Counted from the stretch's first letter, positions 23,852 to 38,334 are shown. The stretch: 64,000 nucleotides of DNA from Oopsacas minuta (GCA_024704765.1 JAKMXF010000030.1:1-64000); one strand, 5' to 3'. The notes: generated by a model not told the origin, from the sequence alone. Program-made: numbers and translations.

Positions 23852-26800
23852 ATGTCCTTATGCTCCCACAAGCTGAGATCACACTCCCCTGATATTTCTG
23901 TAAACAAGGAGAACAATTCCTTTATTAGATCTAACAGCTTTTCTGCTAAAGACAGGAAGATTGAGAGAAAATTAGCAGGTGTTACAATATTAATATTATG
24001 ATCATTAGGGTGTGTAGTCTCACAATCAATAAATTTACAATCTCATTCAGGTGTTAAAATGTGTATATGCCAGCACTTCGGTAAACCCTCACTTCTGACA
24101 GGTGGACACATTTCATACCTCAGAGATATATAGACTTGTTGTTGATACATTTTCTTTATTTGTTTGTTTGTTTGTTTGTTTGTTTAGAGAAAGAATCAAA
24201 AGAGACTTGTTTATGGCTAATTGCAGCAGGCTTCCCACAGTATGTTCACATGTTTGAAGGTTTGTTAATCATATTTGTTTGTGTTTATTTGTATTTATTT
24301 TTTGTATTTTTAGAAGGAAGATTCCCAATAGAATATACATTATCAGATCTGAGTAAGGACCATGGATTCTTAGACACGTCATCACTTAACTCACTAATCA
24401 AGTAAACAGGTTATAATCTATAATTGTTTGTTTGTTGTTTGTTTGTTTGTTTGTTTGTTTATTTGTTTATTAGACGCTTAGAAGTATTAAATGAATGTTC
24501 TACGCATAACTTACAGTCTAATAAACTATTCGTAAGTTTATATTATAAGAATATTATTATTAATATGGAGCCATTACATTTATAGTTCCAGAATATAAAT
24601 ACATATCTCTACAGTTCCTATTGTAACTGGAACTATACCGTTAACATTCCATCAGTTATAATTAGTGTCTATTAATAGCACATTACTCCTGAGGGAGGAC
24701 AGCTTAACCCTCTCAGTACAGTATGGCAGTATCATGAGAACACTAGAAGTTGGTCACGCAGGGACAACAGTCCAAGGAGTATAGCATACCCTGACAACAC
24801 TTATGGTAGAAAGGTATTTATTATTTAATTCACGTTTATAGCCTATTTTCACAATTTTTTGTTTATTTGTATTTTTAGGCGGGAAGTATGGATTTTCTCT
24901 CCCAAACAGCATCAACAGATTGTCTCAATAACTTATCCCCTGTTCCTCTCGCCCCCTATTCATCAACAAAATCAGTATCTACTTGCAGTTTATCTACAAT
25001 AGCATATACAGACTCTATCGTACTTCCAGTTAAGAGCAGGAATACATGTATGTATTGTTTGTAATATGGTTGTGTTTGTTTACTGTTTATGTTATAGCAA
25101 CACTTGGTAAATCAACAGAGAGACGGCCTAGAACTCTGCCACCAAACAATACCACAATTTTGTCACCTAATCTCTCTTACAAGTACCAATCAGATTCCTC
25201 TCTTAACACTAACCGATTCAACCAATCAAATACCAGTATTACACACAAACTGACACCTAACCAGCTGCCTGATAGACAGGTGTCACAATCGAATGTGCTA
25301 CAATCAGCTGACGCATCTTATCATTCTTGTTTTGATTCTCTTCCTCTCTCTCTTAACACCTCTGAGAGCCTCCCGTTAGTTTATAAGAACATTCCTTTAT
25401 ACCAGATTAATCACTAGCTAATTTAATAGACATAACAATATAAGAGCTATAATTCAACCTAGCAACGGTATGGGAAGAGAGGAATGTACTCAGAGCCTTG
25501 ATAACTCTATGGAGATCAGTGACCAATCCGATTCTATCCTCAGGAGTTCATCAAGTATAACTAAGAGTGTAGATTCTCTTCTCGGACACACACAGGCCAA
25601 TTTTGATCCTACATTCAATGCCAGAGAACACGTTACCATGACAACAGAAGGAATGTCATCTCCTTTGCCTGGTAGTCAGACAGTAATGAAACCACTTCCT
25701 GTCACTAGGTAATTATTTATTGAACAAATATATGCGTATGTGATTACTTGTGTAGGAGAGTGAGAGAATACCGATGGGAGGCTTCCGTAACCAAGGAGAT
25801 GGAAGGTGCTAGGTAATTAATCATATGATTATTTAATAGTACATATTGTTATTGTTTATTCTGTTGTTTAGTTGTTTACCAATTTATGAGTTATCAGTCA
25901 ATCAGATGGTTATTCTAAAGAAATTATCTCTTCTGAAACTAACAAGTTTGATAGAAGAATATTCCTCTACCTCCAAGGCAAAACTTAGTCTGTCAGTTTA
26001 TTCATTTGTTTGTTTGTTTGTTTGTTTATTTGTTTGTTTGTTTATTTGTTCGTTTGTTTGTTTGTTTATTTGTTTGTTTAGAGTATTAACTAATCAGCTG
26101 TTTTTTTAGGAGTCAGCTGGTAAACGTAAACAAACCTTATAAACAACAACAACAAAACAAATGTAAGCTATACATTCTTAACCCGTTGTCATGGAGATAA
26201 TATACATTGTGTTTAAATGCTATAGCAACCAAAACGGTTCATAGGAATTGTATTTCTTCAGCTAATCAGATATTTGGTGTGCCACTTACGCAGGTGTTAG
26301 AAATGACAGGACAATGTGTACCACAAGTAATTCTATCAGCTATGAAATATATACTAGAGGAAGGTTTGTTATTATTGTTAAAAGGTGTGAAAATAGTCAC
26401 ATTAAATATATATATACCCGAGGTGCAAACTACACCCCTAATGTACCCATGTACCAATTATCATGACTATTGGACCAACAGATTTCCCAGGATAGCGAAC
26501 AGGAGGGACGAAGCTCCAACCCTCTATTTCTTTCTGATTATTTGCATAGTGATTGGTTCGGTATTTAGGTATGTCAGTACACCAATCAGATTGTATGTAG
26601 TTTGAATATTGGCGCCTATTTCTGTTGTCATGTGTGTATATTATACATTCCTTAATTACATAATTATTGGTTATTTCTGTAGCTAACGATTCTGTGGGAT
26701 TATTCAGGAGATCAGCTGCTAAGTCAAAACTGGATGCTCTCAAGTCTCTGTGTGAATTTAATAACAGTAAGTTATACATTCTAATAAACAAACAGACAAA

Positions 26801-29066
26801 CAAATAAATAAACAAACAAATATTATCCTATATTTCCAGATAAAATAGATTTCAAAAGGGTAGCACCCTACGAAGCAGCTTCTCTCATTAAGAATTACTT
26901 CAGAGAATTACCAGAACCTCTTATCACATATGAACTATCACAGATACTACTCGGCATATTTACAAGTTAGTTCGTTGCTAGGTTACAAATTGTATGAATT
27001 GGTATGAAATTATTACACCAAAACGTGAATAATACTCATTGACCCCATAGGGGGCACATCTATGCCCCATTTTAGTGCCACCAGGACACATTTCTATAAT
27101 TCATACATCTCTAGGTATTCCATCTACTGAGCATATAGAGGCTATCCAATGTGTATTATTATTATTACCAGATTGTAACAGAGAAGCATTACACACCTTA
27201 CTGTATTTCTTACAAGGTGTTACAGAGTCACAACTAGTTAATAAGGTATAGTTCCTGTTATATACTCATATGATAGGTATAGTTCCAGTTATAGGGAGAA
27301 TCTAGGGGAGCAAGGACTGCATTGCCCCTAAAGTTGTTGTCTTCCCTAATAGATTATGTCATTTGTTTGTTTGTTTATTTATTTGTTTACTTTAACAGAT
27401 GAACGCATATAACCTTGCTGTTTGTTTCGCGCCTACTCTGTTTGCGTTTTCAAGTCAGGAATGGGCGCCAAACAAAAAAACACGCGTGAAATGTGGTACA
27501 TACTTCCCAGCCACTTCTGACCTAATGAATACTAAGGAAGTAATACAGAGCAAAGTAAGGATAGACCAATAGGATTATTAATTAATACTCATATGATTAA
27601 TTCACACCTTTCTAGGGTTGTACTGAGTGCCTCACCTCTCTCATAACAAACAGTCACCTCATATTCATGGTGAGAATATATCATATGATCCTATCGCCCC
27701 TTAAGTCACACCTGTCCTCCCTTATAGGTACCAGTAGACCTCATGAAGAGGTGTGAATCAGCTGATAACATGTATCCCTATATCTTGCCTCCTGTTCCTG
27801 TGAAGAAGGACCCTCCAATTGAGACTGTTCCCTTCTCAAACAGACTCCATTCTGAGTACAAATCTTTGATTACTAATAAAGTACAGCTGATGCTTATGGT
27901 AATTATTTAACCATATAACATTCCTGATTCTATATTTGGTTGCTAGGACCGAATGCACTGAGTACACACTCTAATCTGATAGGTCAAAATATTTTGCAGA
28001 GAGTTAGATATATCATAGCCGATATGCATACAAAATCAAAGTAGTTGTTATTATTGTTGTTATTGTTGTTGTTAGGACTCTAGCAGTAAGAGAAGTGGTT
28101 GGAAATTATACAAGAATGGAGATGGCATAGAAGTGGCATACAGGTCGACACATGACACTCTAATTCCTCTCTGGAGAGCTGTCACTACTGTTCACACCTC
28201 GCAGGAATGTTTGCTAAAGAGAATTCTAGAAGAGAGGTAAGAATTGTTAATTCAATTAGTGCTGTGTGTTACTGAGTGTAATTATGTGTGTGTATAGGAA
28301 TATGTGGCATGAGGACATAGCAAGATGGCAGGTTATCCCTCTTGACCATCAGACAGAGGTGTTTAGGTATGCTACACATTCCATGTACGGGCCGCATCCT
28401 CCCAGAGAGTACTGTGTAATCAGGTGAGAGATTTGATTGTTTGTTTGTTTGTTGTTATTTACGAATATTCACACCCTCATAATCCCCTCTATAGGAGCTG
28501 GCATCTTGACACCTGTAGTGGCTCAGTTGTCCTTCACTCGATGTCTATTAAAGAGAAGAAGAGACAGAGTTGGTCTGAGCTTACGAGCATTAAGGCCGAT
28601 TTGTTAAATGAAACTTTTATTATTCAAAAAATATCTCAAATGGAATGTAAATTGGTTTTATTCTCTCAGATCGACACAAGGTTTGTATGCCACTTTTCAC
28701 ACCTTTATAATTTGATATTTCCAATACAATAGACACCACTTAATAGTGTCACATCGGTACCAGGCAATTTCGAGGTGTCGCTGTGAATAACAGGTGGCTG
28801 TGTTAAGTGGTGTCTACTGATTATCTTATATCACACAAATTCACAGAGTGATCATATTTTCACACCTTTGGGGATAAACTTATCAACATTTCCTGCTTAA
28901 TAACAGTTTATATACTTGTGTATTATTGTTGTTGTTATTGTTGTTTAGAGGAAGGTGTCCAGATTTCTATCTTCACTACGGTCCTTACATCATAAACAGT
29001 GTACAGCTGTTAAGGAATTCATTCTCTCATAGAATTCATAGAAATTGTATAGAAACTCAGGTGTAA
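23852..29066 (+). CDS. STARD13: DLC1/STARD13/STARD8-like RhoGAP (SAM + RhoGAP + START), multi-exon
   Basis: SAM ETCLWLIAAGFPQYVHMFE..DHGFLD. RhoGAP IFGVPLT, VGLFRRSA, IKNYFRELPEPL and NLAVCFAPTLF. START LWRAV..RNMWHEDIARWQV..SQIDTRGRCPDFY..LLRNSF..ETQV*. The 5' start is uncertain. Confidence 0.88.
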
Positions 29067-29993
29067 TATATTATAGTCAGCTGATTTGTAAATTTATTGT
29101 TCTTATCTTTAAAATTCGTTCAATATGGAACTAAAACTATTAGGGTACTGGTAGTTGAAAACCCACCGCTCCCATCACACGGATGTCTTGAAATACCCGC
29201 TTATAACGAGGTGTGATATGTATAAACATGGTCCCAATAGTATCATATTTATCATTGGTTATATGGAATTAATTATCAGCTTCGATTCAATAGGAATTGA
29301 CTGTACTCAGCTAATTGATGTATTAGTTCCAGTAATTATCACTTATAAGAAGCAATATATGATAACAGTTCTCCAGAGGATGGTTCTTTATTTACGATAC
29401 CCACTGAAAATAGGACAATGGAGATTACTATCAGGAAGGGGGACACAAAGTGTCAGGCCTCATATTCTCATATCAAATTTGAGTTTATTCATTTTAACAT
29501 TTCTATGAATACACCAAATTACCCCTTGACACGTCACAAAATAATGAGAGAACCGCCCGCCTGCCAACTGCTTCAGTGGATCTGGAACAAGTTTATCATT
29601 AACACTATCCTTAGTTCCATTTATTAACACCTAATAATTCGATTAATCGAGACAATTCATAGAGTTAATAATATTACAAAACTGAGCTAAAAATAATAAA
29701 TATTAATTACAGATAATCTAATTATGAAATTTGATATTTGTTATTTGCAAATTATACGAAATAAGTTTACTGAAAAAGAACTTTCAACCACATTCCTTAC
29801 AATATCCTAGCAACGAGACATAATAACATACACCTGCATAACCTCGTGTTTATTCTAACAAGAAATATACTCACATCATCTGATTATTGTTGTTTGTTTA
29901 CTTGTTACAAACAAATCATATTACAGCTATAAATACACAAGATTATCCCTAGCAACCAATTCATAGCCAACTATTCCAAAATTCATCATCAAA

Positions 29994-31204
29994 ATGGCAG
30001 AAAGATACCCAATCACCTCACAGGGCGTAGACCCCATAGAGACACACATTAACTACACTATCGATGGTCTCATAGGGCTACTGAATGTCCGTAGAGTTCA
30101 GTTGTTAGAGCTAGCCAGCAATATTCGCGAAGAGAAGAGAGCCTCAGAGATCGCTCGGCAAGAAGCTATCGCCCAACTGAACGAGGCTCAGGAACACCTC
30201 CAAGGAGACTTAAGAGAGAACATCCTCCAGTCCATGCAGGAGAGAATTGTCCGAGAAATGGAGGACAGATCACGAAATCTCCAAAATAACATTCCCGTAG
30301 AGACCCGATTAAAGTGGCAGTGCGACACACGTGACCTAGAAACGTGTATTTCCCGTCTAGGAGAGATCGTACAAGTACCAGTAGGAGCACCAGATTATGC
30401 TAAATTCCAAACTTTCACTGTTGCTACTGGGAGGCAAGGTAGAGGTTCTGGCGAGTTGCTTGATGCATTAGGTGTAGCTATACATGAAGATACACACCAA
30501 ATATTTATAGCTAATAGTTACAATGAGAGAGTAGAGATATTCTCTGATACAGGAAAGTACCTCAATCAGCTGGATGATCTATACGGTATAGCTATATACG
30601 GAGGAATGTGTATGTCAGCTGCCGGGGAGATAGCACTGTAAACCAATTCACACTAACTGACATGAGTCTTGTTAGGAAGATAGGAGGTAGGGGATCAAAC
30701 AACGGACAATTCACCTATCCTTGTCAACTAACAACAGATCCCATCGGTCACGTGTTTATAGCAGATAGCGGTAACGACAGAATCAGCGTACACGACACAG
30801 ACCTGAACCATCTCCGTAACATTACTCATCAGTCAATGAGAGAACCATATGATGTTAAAGTGTCACGTGACCGCGTGTACGTACTGTGTCCATGTAACAA
30901 CCCGTGTATGCTCGTGCTAACCCTAAAGGGAGACAAGCTACACTCCTTCATTACTTGTGGACCAGGATTGGATGTGTTATGCCCTTTCTTCTTCTGTCTA
31001 GATCCACTTAACAACTTTGTTATTAGCGATAGAGACTCCCATTCAATCAGGGTATTCTCTCCAGAAGGCAATCTCCTACACACGATAGGAACTGAGGGAC
31101 ACCGCGGAATGTTATATGAACCCCAAAGAATCGCTATAACTCCAAACGGGAGATTAGTTTGTGTGACAGGGAATGAGGGCTTCGGTCTACAAATATATTA
31201 CTAA
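29994..31204 (+). pseudogene. Coiled-coil + NHL-repeat (TRIM2/3-like, RING-less) gene with a 1-nt frameshift near 30603
   Basis: Two overlapping ORFs (29994-30641, 30608-31204) together form one NHL beta-propeller protein (GVAIHEDTHQIFIANS / NVYVSCRGDSTV / GHVFIADSGNDRI / FVISD..HSIRVFSPEG). The frame changes in GGA GG AAT GTG TAT. Confidence 0.75.
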
Positions 31205-31604
31205 TTTGTTTGTTTGTTTGTTTGTTTAGATTAATCATATTCACACCTATTAAAATTAGTTCCAATTATCTCTTTGTAGCAGTGAGCCTCAAATATACAC
31301 ATAGTTCTAGTTTATCTATACCATTATTGCCCTATTAACCAGAACTATGTTTGGTTCTGGTTTCCCCAGTGTCATAATTGCTTGTTATTTGTTTGTTTGT
31401 TATTCATTTTCCGTTATATAATCGTAATTATATCAAAGCTAATTAGATTAGTAAAGAATCTTTCTTTAGTATTCTAAGACTTTATTATTAAACAAATAAA
31501 CCAAAAAGTGTTTGTTTATTCTATTCAAAATAACAATAACAAACACTTTCATTATTCTACACACTACATTCATTAGTAATACATTCTTTTGTTGAATACA
31601 TGGG

Positions 31605-32030
31605 ATATATGCATATAGTGGGTATATATGCATATAGTGGGTGTATATGCATATAGTGGGTGTATATGCATATAGTGGGTATATATGCATATAGTGGGTA
31701 ATATGCATATAGTGGGTGTATATGCATATGGCATATTATATGCATATAGTGGGTGTATATGCATATAGTGGGTATATATGCATATAGTGGGTATATATGC
31801 ATATAGTGGGTGTATATGCATATAGTGGGTATATATGCATATAGTGGGTATATATGCATATAGTGGGTGTATATGCATATAGTGGGTGTATATGCATATA
31901 GTGGGTATGTATGCATATAGTGGGTGTATATGCATATAGTGGGTATATATGCATATAGTGGGTATATATGCATATAGTGGGTATATATGCATATAGTGGG
32001 TATATATGCATATGGTGGGTATATATGCAT
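31605..32030. repeat. 19-bp minisatellite, about 22 copies
   Basis: Unit GCATATAGTGGGT(A/G)TATAT. It generates the spurious repetitive ORFs at 31466-32073. Confidence 0.95.
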
Positions 32031-32158
32031 AATGTGTCACAACCCATAAAAGTATTTGTGTTTGTATTATCATTTATGGATTGAATTCTATAAAAGTGTA
32101 TTTTAGATATTTATGTGATTCTGGGATTATTCGTATTTAAGTGATTAAAATGGCTAAA

Positions 32159-32215
32159 TTGTGTCCTATTGTGTCCTATTGTGTCCTATTGTGTCCTATT
32201 GTGTCCTATTGTGTC
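32159..32215. repeat. 10-bp tandem repeat, 5+ copies
   Basis: Unit GTGTCCTATT. Confidence 0.95.
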
Positions 32216-32593
32216 ACATAACTGCTCTCATATTCCTGTTGTTTATCACATCTATCAAATAGGTGACAATATTTAACCATACGAGCCTTTGGCTCGTCGC
32301 TTCGCGATTGAAAGTATGATTCTACCTCTATTTTGAAATTTGTTTACTTTATATTCATAAAAACAACAATGAATTTACATATGATTAATCCAAAAGTGTG
32401 AAATAGGATTCAGCATGTTTGATATTTTTAGTGAAGTTTTATTGAATTCTATTTACTTTCTTGATAAACACGATAAGTACATACCTTAAATCCTTTCCTT
32501 GACAACAGATAAACAAACAAACAAACAAACAAACAACAATTGAGCTTTAATAATTTTGATTTCAGTTTGCTATCAGCTGATTCTATTATACAG

Positions 32594-35500
32594 ACTGGAG
32601 GGTAATTGCGGGAATTCTATCGGCTCCCAGAGTCCCCGAGACCGTGAGAGGTATCCTAGTTCTACTTCTGTCCAATCAAATGATTCTTGGCTGGATCCCG
32701 CCTTTCCTAGAAAATCAGCTAATCAGATTGATGACTTGCGTAAACAACAGCTGGCTATTGAGTACCTGTCAAGGTTTATATTATTATTATTATTATTTGT
32801 TGTTTGTTGTTTATTATTATTGTTTACAGATTAGAAGAAGCTCGCGTCTGGCTGTCTCAATGCTTAGAAGAAGAAATGCCCGAACTAACGGACCTGGAAC
32901 TATCACTAACTAATGGTGTCACTTTAGCTAAAATAGCACATTTCATATATCCAGATACTTTCCCTCTGTCTCGCATATTTGACCTATCTCTCGATAGATA
33001 CCGTGAGAAGCGATTGGAATTCAGACATACAGATAATATCAATTATTGGGTACAATGCATGGAGAAACTTGGCTTACCGAAACTATTCTATCCGACCACG
33101 ACAGACCTGTATGATATGAAGAACATGCCAAGGGTAGTATACTGTATCCATGCACTGAGTATTTATCTAGCTAAGCTAGGGAAAGGACCGGTCATGCAGT
33201 CTGTTACAGGTTAGTTACCGAAAGAATTCTGGACGACACATTTGACACCTGATTCATCTTTAGTGTCAGTTCTAATTGAAATGTGTCTACCTATCAGATT
33301 TGAGGGTTTGCCCTATTGGTTAAATCAGTACTTAACTTGTAATTTGATTGGTTAATATTTTAGAAACTCAATTCACTAAAGAACAGATCGATTATGTTCT
33401 GAGAGAGTTTGAGCGGACAGGAATAAGAATGCCCGCCTTTTCTAAGATTGCTGGATTATTGAGAGAACAGCTGACTCAAGATCAAGCAGCTGTTCACGCA
33501 GCTGAAGTAGCTGTATACGAGGCTTTGGAACAGAAATCTGAACCAAGGGTGTTAATAGCTCTGGGTAACCCTGCTCTTGGTCTAGAGGACATCATGTACT
33601 CACAAAATAACAATTCATACTATAACTCCCTACAAGCAGCGAGGGAGATTAAACTACACAACCTGGAGGCCAATGCGGAACCAGAACTGAAACTAGAGGA
33701 GCTAGATGCATATGATTATATCCTGTCCTGTGAGGAGATATGTGATCTGATCAGTGAGACGAACAGACAGCAAGATATACTCTATCGGGCAGAACTTAGG
33801 ATACAGATTGTCCATAAAATCCATAAGGTACTGGCGTTAGATACACCCTCAAAGGAGCAATTGTTATACGAACTGTTAGCCAATCAAGATTCAGGGTTTG
33901 TTGATGTAACAGCTGATAATTCCATGTGGTATTATGACGTCATCTCGCGTGCAAGGGGTGATAAAGAGTGTGATTTATTTTGGGAGGAAATCAGAGACTT
34001 AATTGAGATTGCAAACTCAGTGGCAATAAACTCTAAAAATACAGAAAATTCTCTGTTAAAAGTTGATAAAGCTTTGAATCAAAACTCACATTCCAGTCTA
34101 CTGATTGCGTTGCGAAGTGAAGAATTGTTTTTAACAGCTGTTGAACCTGGGAATATTGAAAATTATTTTGATATATTGTCAGGATTGAGAGAGAACAAGA
34201 GGGAAGTTTCCGGTGATATTAGCCAAATCCTGAATGAAGTAGATATTCAAGAGGCAGTTAACTCAGCCAATCAAGTGGTGAGCTTAGAGGTGTTACATTC
34301 CTTAGCTATACAAAATATAAATAACTCACTTCTAAGTGAGGATGTGGATCTAACACTTAGTTATTTGGAAGATGAGAATTCTCGGATAACAGACGTGAAT
34401 CCAGAGTTTAGCTGTGAATATAAATCGTCTCTGTCAGACCATTTTAGGTCAAAGTCTGGGAAGTTTATGACGAAAGATGAAATACAAAAAGTTGTCAATA
34501 GTGTAAATATTGAAATTTCTGTGCTGAATAGACTCAAGGAATTTATCAGGAAGGGTGATGAAGATTTTCACACCTTTCTAGAGATTTTGAAAGAACTTTT
34601 CCAGAAAAATTGCGGGATAATTGTAGAGAATAATCTACCGCACTATTTTGATATTCTCGGGCGAGCATTCAACCAATCAGAATCACGTATTTTGGGTGCC
34701 ATTGACATTCTAGAAATAGTCTCAGACGCGAATGAATCAGCTGATTTGTCGCTTGAACTATCCCGCGCCTTAATTGAATTAAACACTTATCTGGAGACAG
34801 CATTTGACCCAGCTGATACCCTCCAACACCTCCTAAATCCTCAACTTAAGTTCCATAACATATCTGATATATGTGCCATACAGTACCATAAGGAACTGAC
34901 AAGATTGCGTAATAGGAACATTATCTCTCCCTCGCAACCAGATCTATGGCTGGAATGTGAATCTATAGATCTATACCCATTCTATTTCAATCAAAGCACA
35001 GACAAATACAGCTGGAGACAACCAATCAAATCAGAGAGTGGAAATGACGTAATTGACTCATCCTATCTGTCAAATAGAACTGTTCAATCAGTGATCAGCT
35101 CTTTGACGTCTATGAATGACAGACAGCTGTATTTCAGTCAGAATATTGATTCTATTTTTAGAATACAATCCAATCTCAAAGTGATATTAGGACGCCGGAA
35201 GTTCCTGTCTACCCAGGATCACTACGGGTCACCCATTCCTGACATAGTTAGGGTATAGTCCGTTGTTAGGTGCAAGTTAGCTATGAAATCTGACCACCTT
35301 ATTATGACTGCTCTGAATCCACCTATTAGTTCCGTTAGAAAATATTTAGTTCTGCTAGAACAGAGTGACAGAGATGTGCAAGAGGAATTAGAACTAACTG
35401 AGCTTAAATCGGAACTTGTTACTAAAATTAGATACAACAAACAGCTGGAAGAAGATCTAGACAGCTGGGACACTAAAATCGGCTTATTGATCCGTAACAG

Positions 35501-37718
35501 ACTTAACGTGATGGATGTTGTGCATACTTCTTCTAAGCTAGAGAGGAGACGATTGGCTGCCAGGAACCAATCAAATAAGGGCCTACAGCACTTCACTAAA
35601 GAGAATAAACAGATGTTAGAAGGGTATGAGAATTTGTTCTATCTTTTGCAAACTAATTCTGACTATTTTGCTAAACTTATATTTGAAATGCCGAGCGGAA
35701 AAACCACCGCATTCATGCAGGACGTGATTCTAACCGTATTCAATTACGCGTCAACTAATAGAGAACATTTCCTACTGTTACAGCTGTTCGAGACAGCTCT
35801 GCTTAAGGAAGTAGAATCTAAAGTGGAAAGGATTGATGACGTCATAACGGGAAATCCCACTGTCATAAAGCTTATCATATCATTCACACGTCGGATGGAT
35901 TATCAGCTGCATTCTCTTAAGCTTATCCTTGGCCCGTTAGTTAGAAAAGTACTTCAATCGGAGGATAGAATCAGTTTGAATCCTGTGGACATCTACAAGG
36001 CCTGGCTGTCTCAAACAGAAATAGACACCGGAGAATCGACCAAGCTTCCATATGAAGTATCAATTGTACAGGCATTGGACCACTTAGAGGTCAGAAATAG
36101 ACTCAAAGATGCCATGGAGATAGTTAAGAACGCAGCTGATGAATTCATGGATGCTATATTCAGTAATATTAATAATCTGCCTTATGGATTGCGGTACATG
36201 GCTTGCAAACTCAAAGAATTCTTAGAAAACAAATTTCCATCAGCTGATCGAGAAGATATCAGTAAAGTAGTAGGAAATCTATTATACTACAGATTCTTGA
36301 ATCCTGTGATAGCTGCTCCTGACGCTTTTGAGATTGTAGAGCTAGAGGCAGGAGAAAGTCTAGAGAACGAGCAGAGAAAGAAGCTGGGTAGTATAGCACG
36401 TATCCTACAGCATGCTGCTTCTAGGAAACTATTCGAGGGCGAATACAACTGTTTAGATGATCTGAATCCTTACATTATTAAGAGTTACGCACGCTTCATG
36501 GAGTTCTTCTCCCAATCAGCTGATGTTTGTACCGCAGAAGAGAAGTTTGGTATCACCGAGTACTCAGATCTAGTAATGCTATCTCGACCTGTTATAAATA
36601 TCAGTGCTAAAGAGGTTATTTCTACTCACAAGCTCTTATTAGCACATCTTAACGCTATTACAGAGGAAAATGATCCTCTTAGAGAGGTGTTAAAGGAGCT
36701 AGGAGACACCCCGGATATACGAGACCTCTTGGGGGACATAGACGATAAGAATATACCAGCGGAGGAGGCGCAGGAGAGATGGATCGAACTAGGGAGACAA
36801 GAAATAATGCTAACACTAATAAATAAATTCGAGAACATTCCAAAGGACAATCACTCCTTAGATACGAACGCTAAGTTCCTGGAGACAAAAGGAATGATAG
36901 TAGACCTCATGAAGGTACACCCAGGGGACACTTTACCGGAAATTGTCACCTCTGTCCACACAACTGAAACTGAGAAGAAATATGATTTAATGATTGAGAA
37001 ATTTGAAAGTCAAAACAACTCAGAAACAAATTTGCTTAAAAACTCTAGTCACAGTCATCACGGTAAGGTATATACCTTATCGGAACTAAAGTATATAGTT
37101 CGTGAGAACCTTGAATTCCTGGACGAACAAGGCGTTGTCAGGGGCGAGGATGGGTATCAGAATATATTGAATGCGATAGCCAGAGATATCCGTAATCAAC
37201 ACAGGTATAGGAGGGAGAGAAGGTGTGAAAAGGACCGTTTGAACCAAGCTATTTCCCAGCTGGATAATAAACACGTGTTCTTAGAAGAACAATTTGAATA
37301 TTATCAACTGTATGTACGTACTGCTACAGCTAATATGTCCAAGACAGGACACAAAGGAGCCCCTAAGAAAGATGTACAAGTTGTCACTTCTCCTGTGGAC
37401 AGAGGGGACACTTTCACACCTAAATCAATCCGCTACACAGCTCAGAAACTATTCGAGAAAGGAATCCTGATTGAAATAGAGGGCGTTTCCAGGACACAAT
37501 TCAAGACATTACAATTTGAGATAGTTAGTGTCAGTCACGGGAGTTTTGACATAAACGCTAAAATGTTTGGATTAGCAGCTGAGAAAGTCAACTTAGTATT
37601 TGAAGATTTGTTACAGCTGAGATTTGAGAATGTCCAAATAATGAAAATCCTTGATCGTGTCAAAGTGAACGTCAATTTGTTAATTTACCTGCTAAACAAG
37701 AAATTCTACGGACGATAG
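32594..37718 (+). CDS. IQGAP: IQGAP-family scaffold (CH, repeats, WW, IQ, RasGAP-related, RGCT) with an in-frame TAG at 35256-35258
   Basis: CH LEEARVWLSQC..FRHTDNINYW..DLYDMKNMPRVVYCIHALS. WW LWLE..FYFNQST..SWRQP. GRD GNPTVIK and LLYYRFLNP. RGCT C-terminus KVNVNLLIYLLNKKFYGR. Exons about 32594-32772, 32831-33209 and 33364-37718. The true 5' start was not identified. Confidence 0.93.
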
Positions 37719-38334
37719 TCCCCTGTACCCCTCCTCTCTCTCACTTGTGACCAATTTTCTATCTTGTATTGTTAGAATAGCTACTATTATCACTCAATAT
37801 TTCTCTTAATATATTCTTGTATTTTACTTATTAATTATCAACAGCTCTCTAATCTAATTATAGACGTGTATAATAGGTTAAGACACCATTTTATCACCTG
37901 GTGGGAGGTAGCAAATGGTCCCATTTAGGACCTGTTGCACCCTCTTAAAATCCTGGCAACCATATAGACGCTTTGGTATGCGTAAACTAACACTTATGAA
38001 TTTGTTATAACTCAACAAGTAAATTATTTGAATAAACCCTTGCTTGGTTTCTTGATCTTTCTTATATAGGTATTCTAATTGGAACTAATATAATTATTGT
38101 GTGGTTATTATGCAATATATGTATGTGTTAGTTCTTATATATATAATATTTGAATAATAGCTGAAGAGGGGATTTAGGGTCATAGAGTGCGAATAGATAT
38201 TATCACACCTTTTCGGATGCAAATAGGAGACACTTTTTAGACCAATACCTTAATTACTAGCCTACTCTAACACCTCTTAATGTTAGTTCCAATTGTAACT
38301 ATCGTTGCTTGATTTTAGGCGCGTAATATATAAA

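Noticed and set aside
29155-29627. ORFs 29155-29508 and 29418-29627
   Set aside because: Composition is intergenic-like, they include a fragment of the CCAGAGGATGG MITE family, and they show no domain signal.
31466-32073. Four long minus-strand ORFs with YAYIPTICIYTHYMHI repeats
   Set aside because: Translation artefacts of the 19-bp minisatellite. The unit is not a multiple of three, so all frames give the same cycling peptide.
35256-35258. Alternative genetic code (TAG = Gln) as the explanation of the IQGAP stop
   Set aside because: TAG terminates PPP2R2, TAF10 and other genes at their expected ends, and no other in-frame TAG/TAA is seen in the long conserved ORFs.
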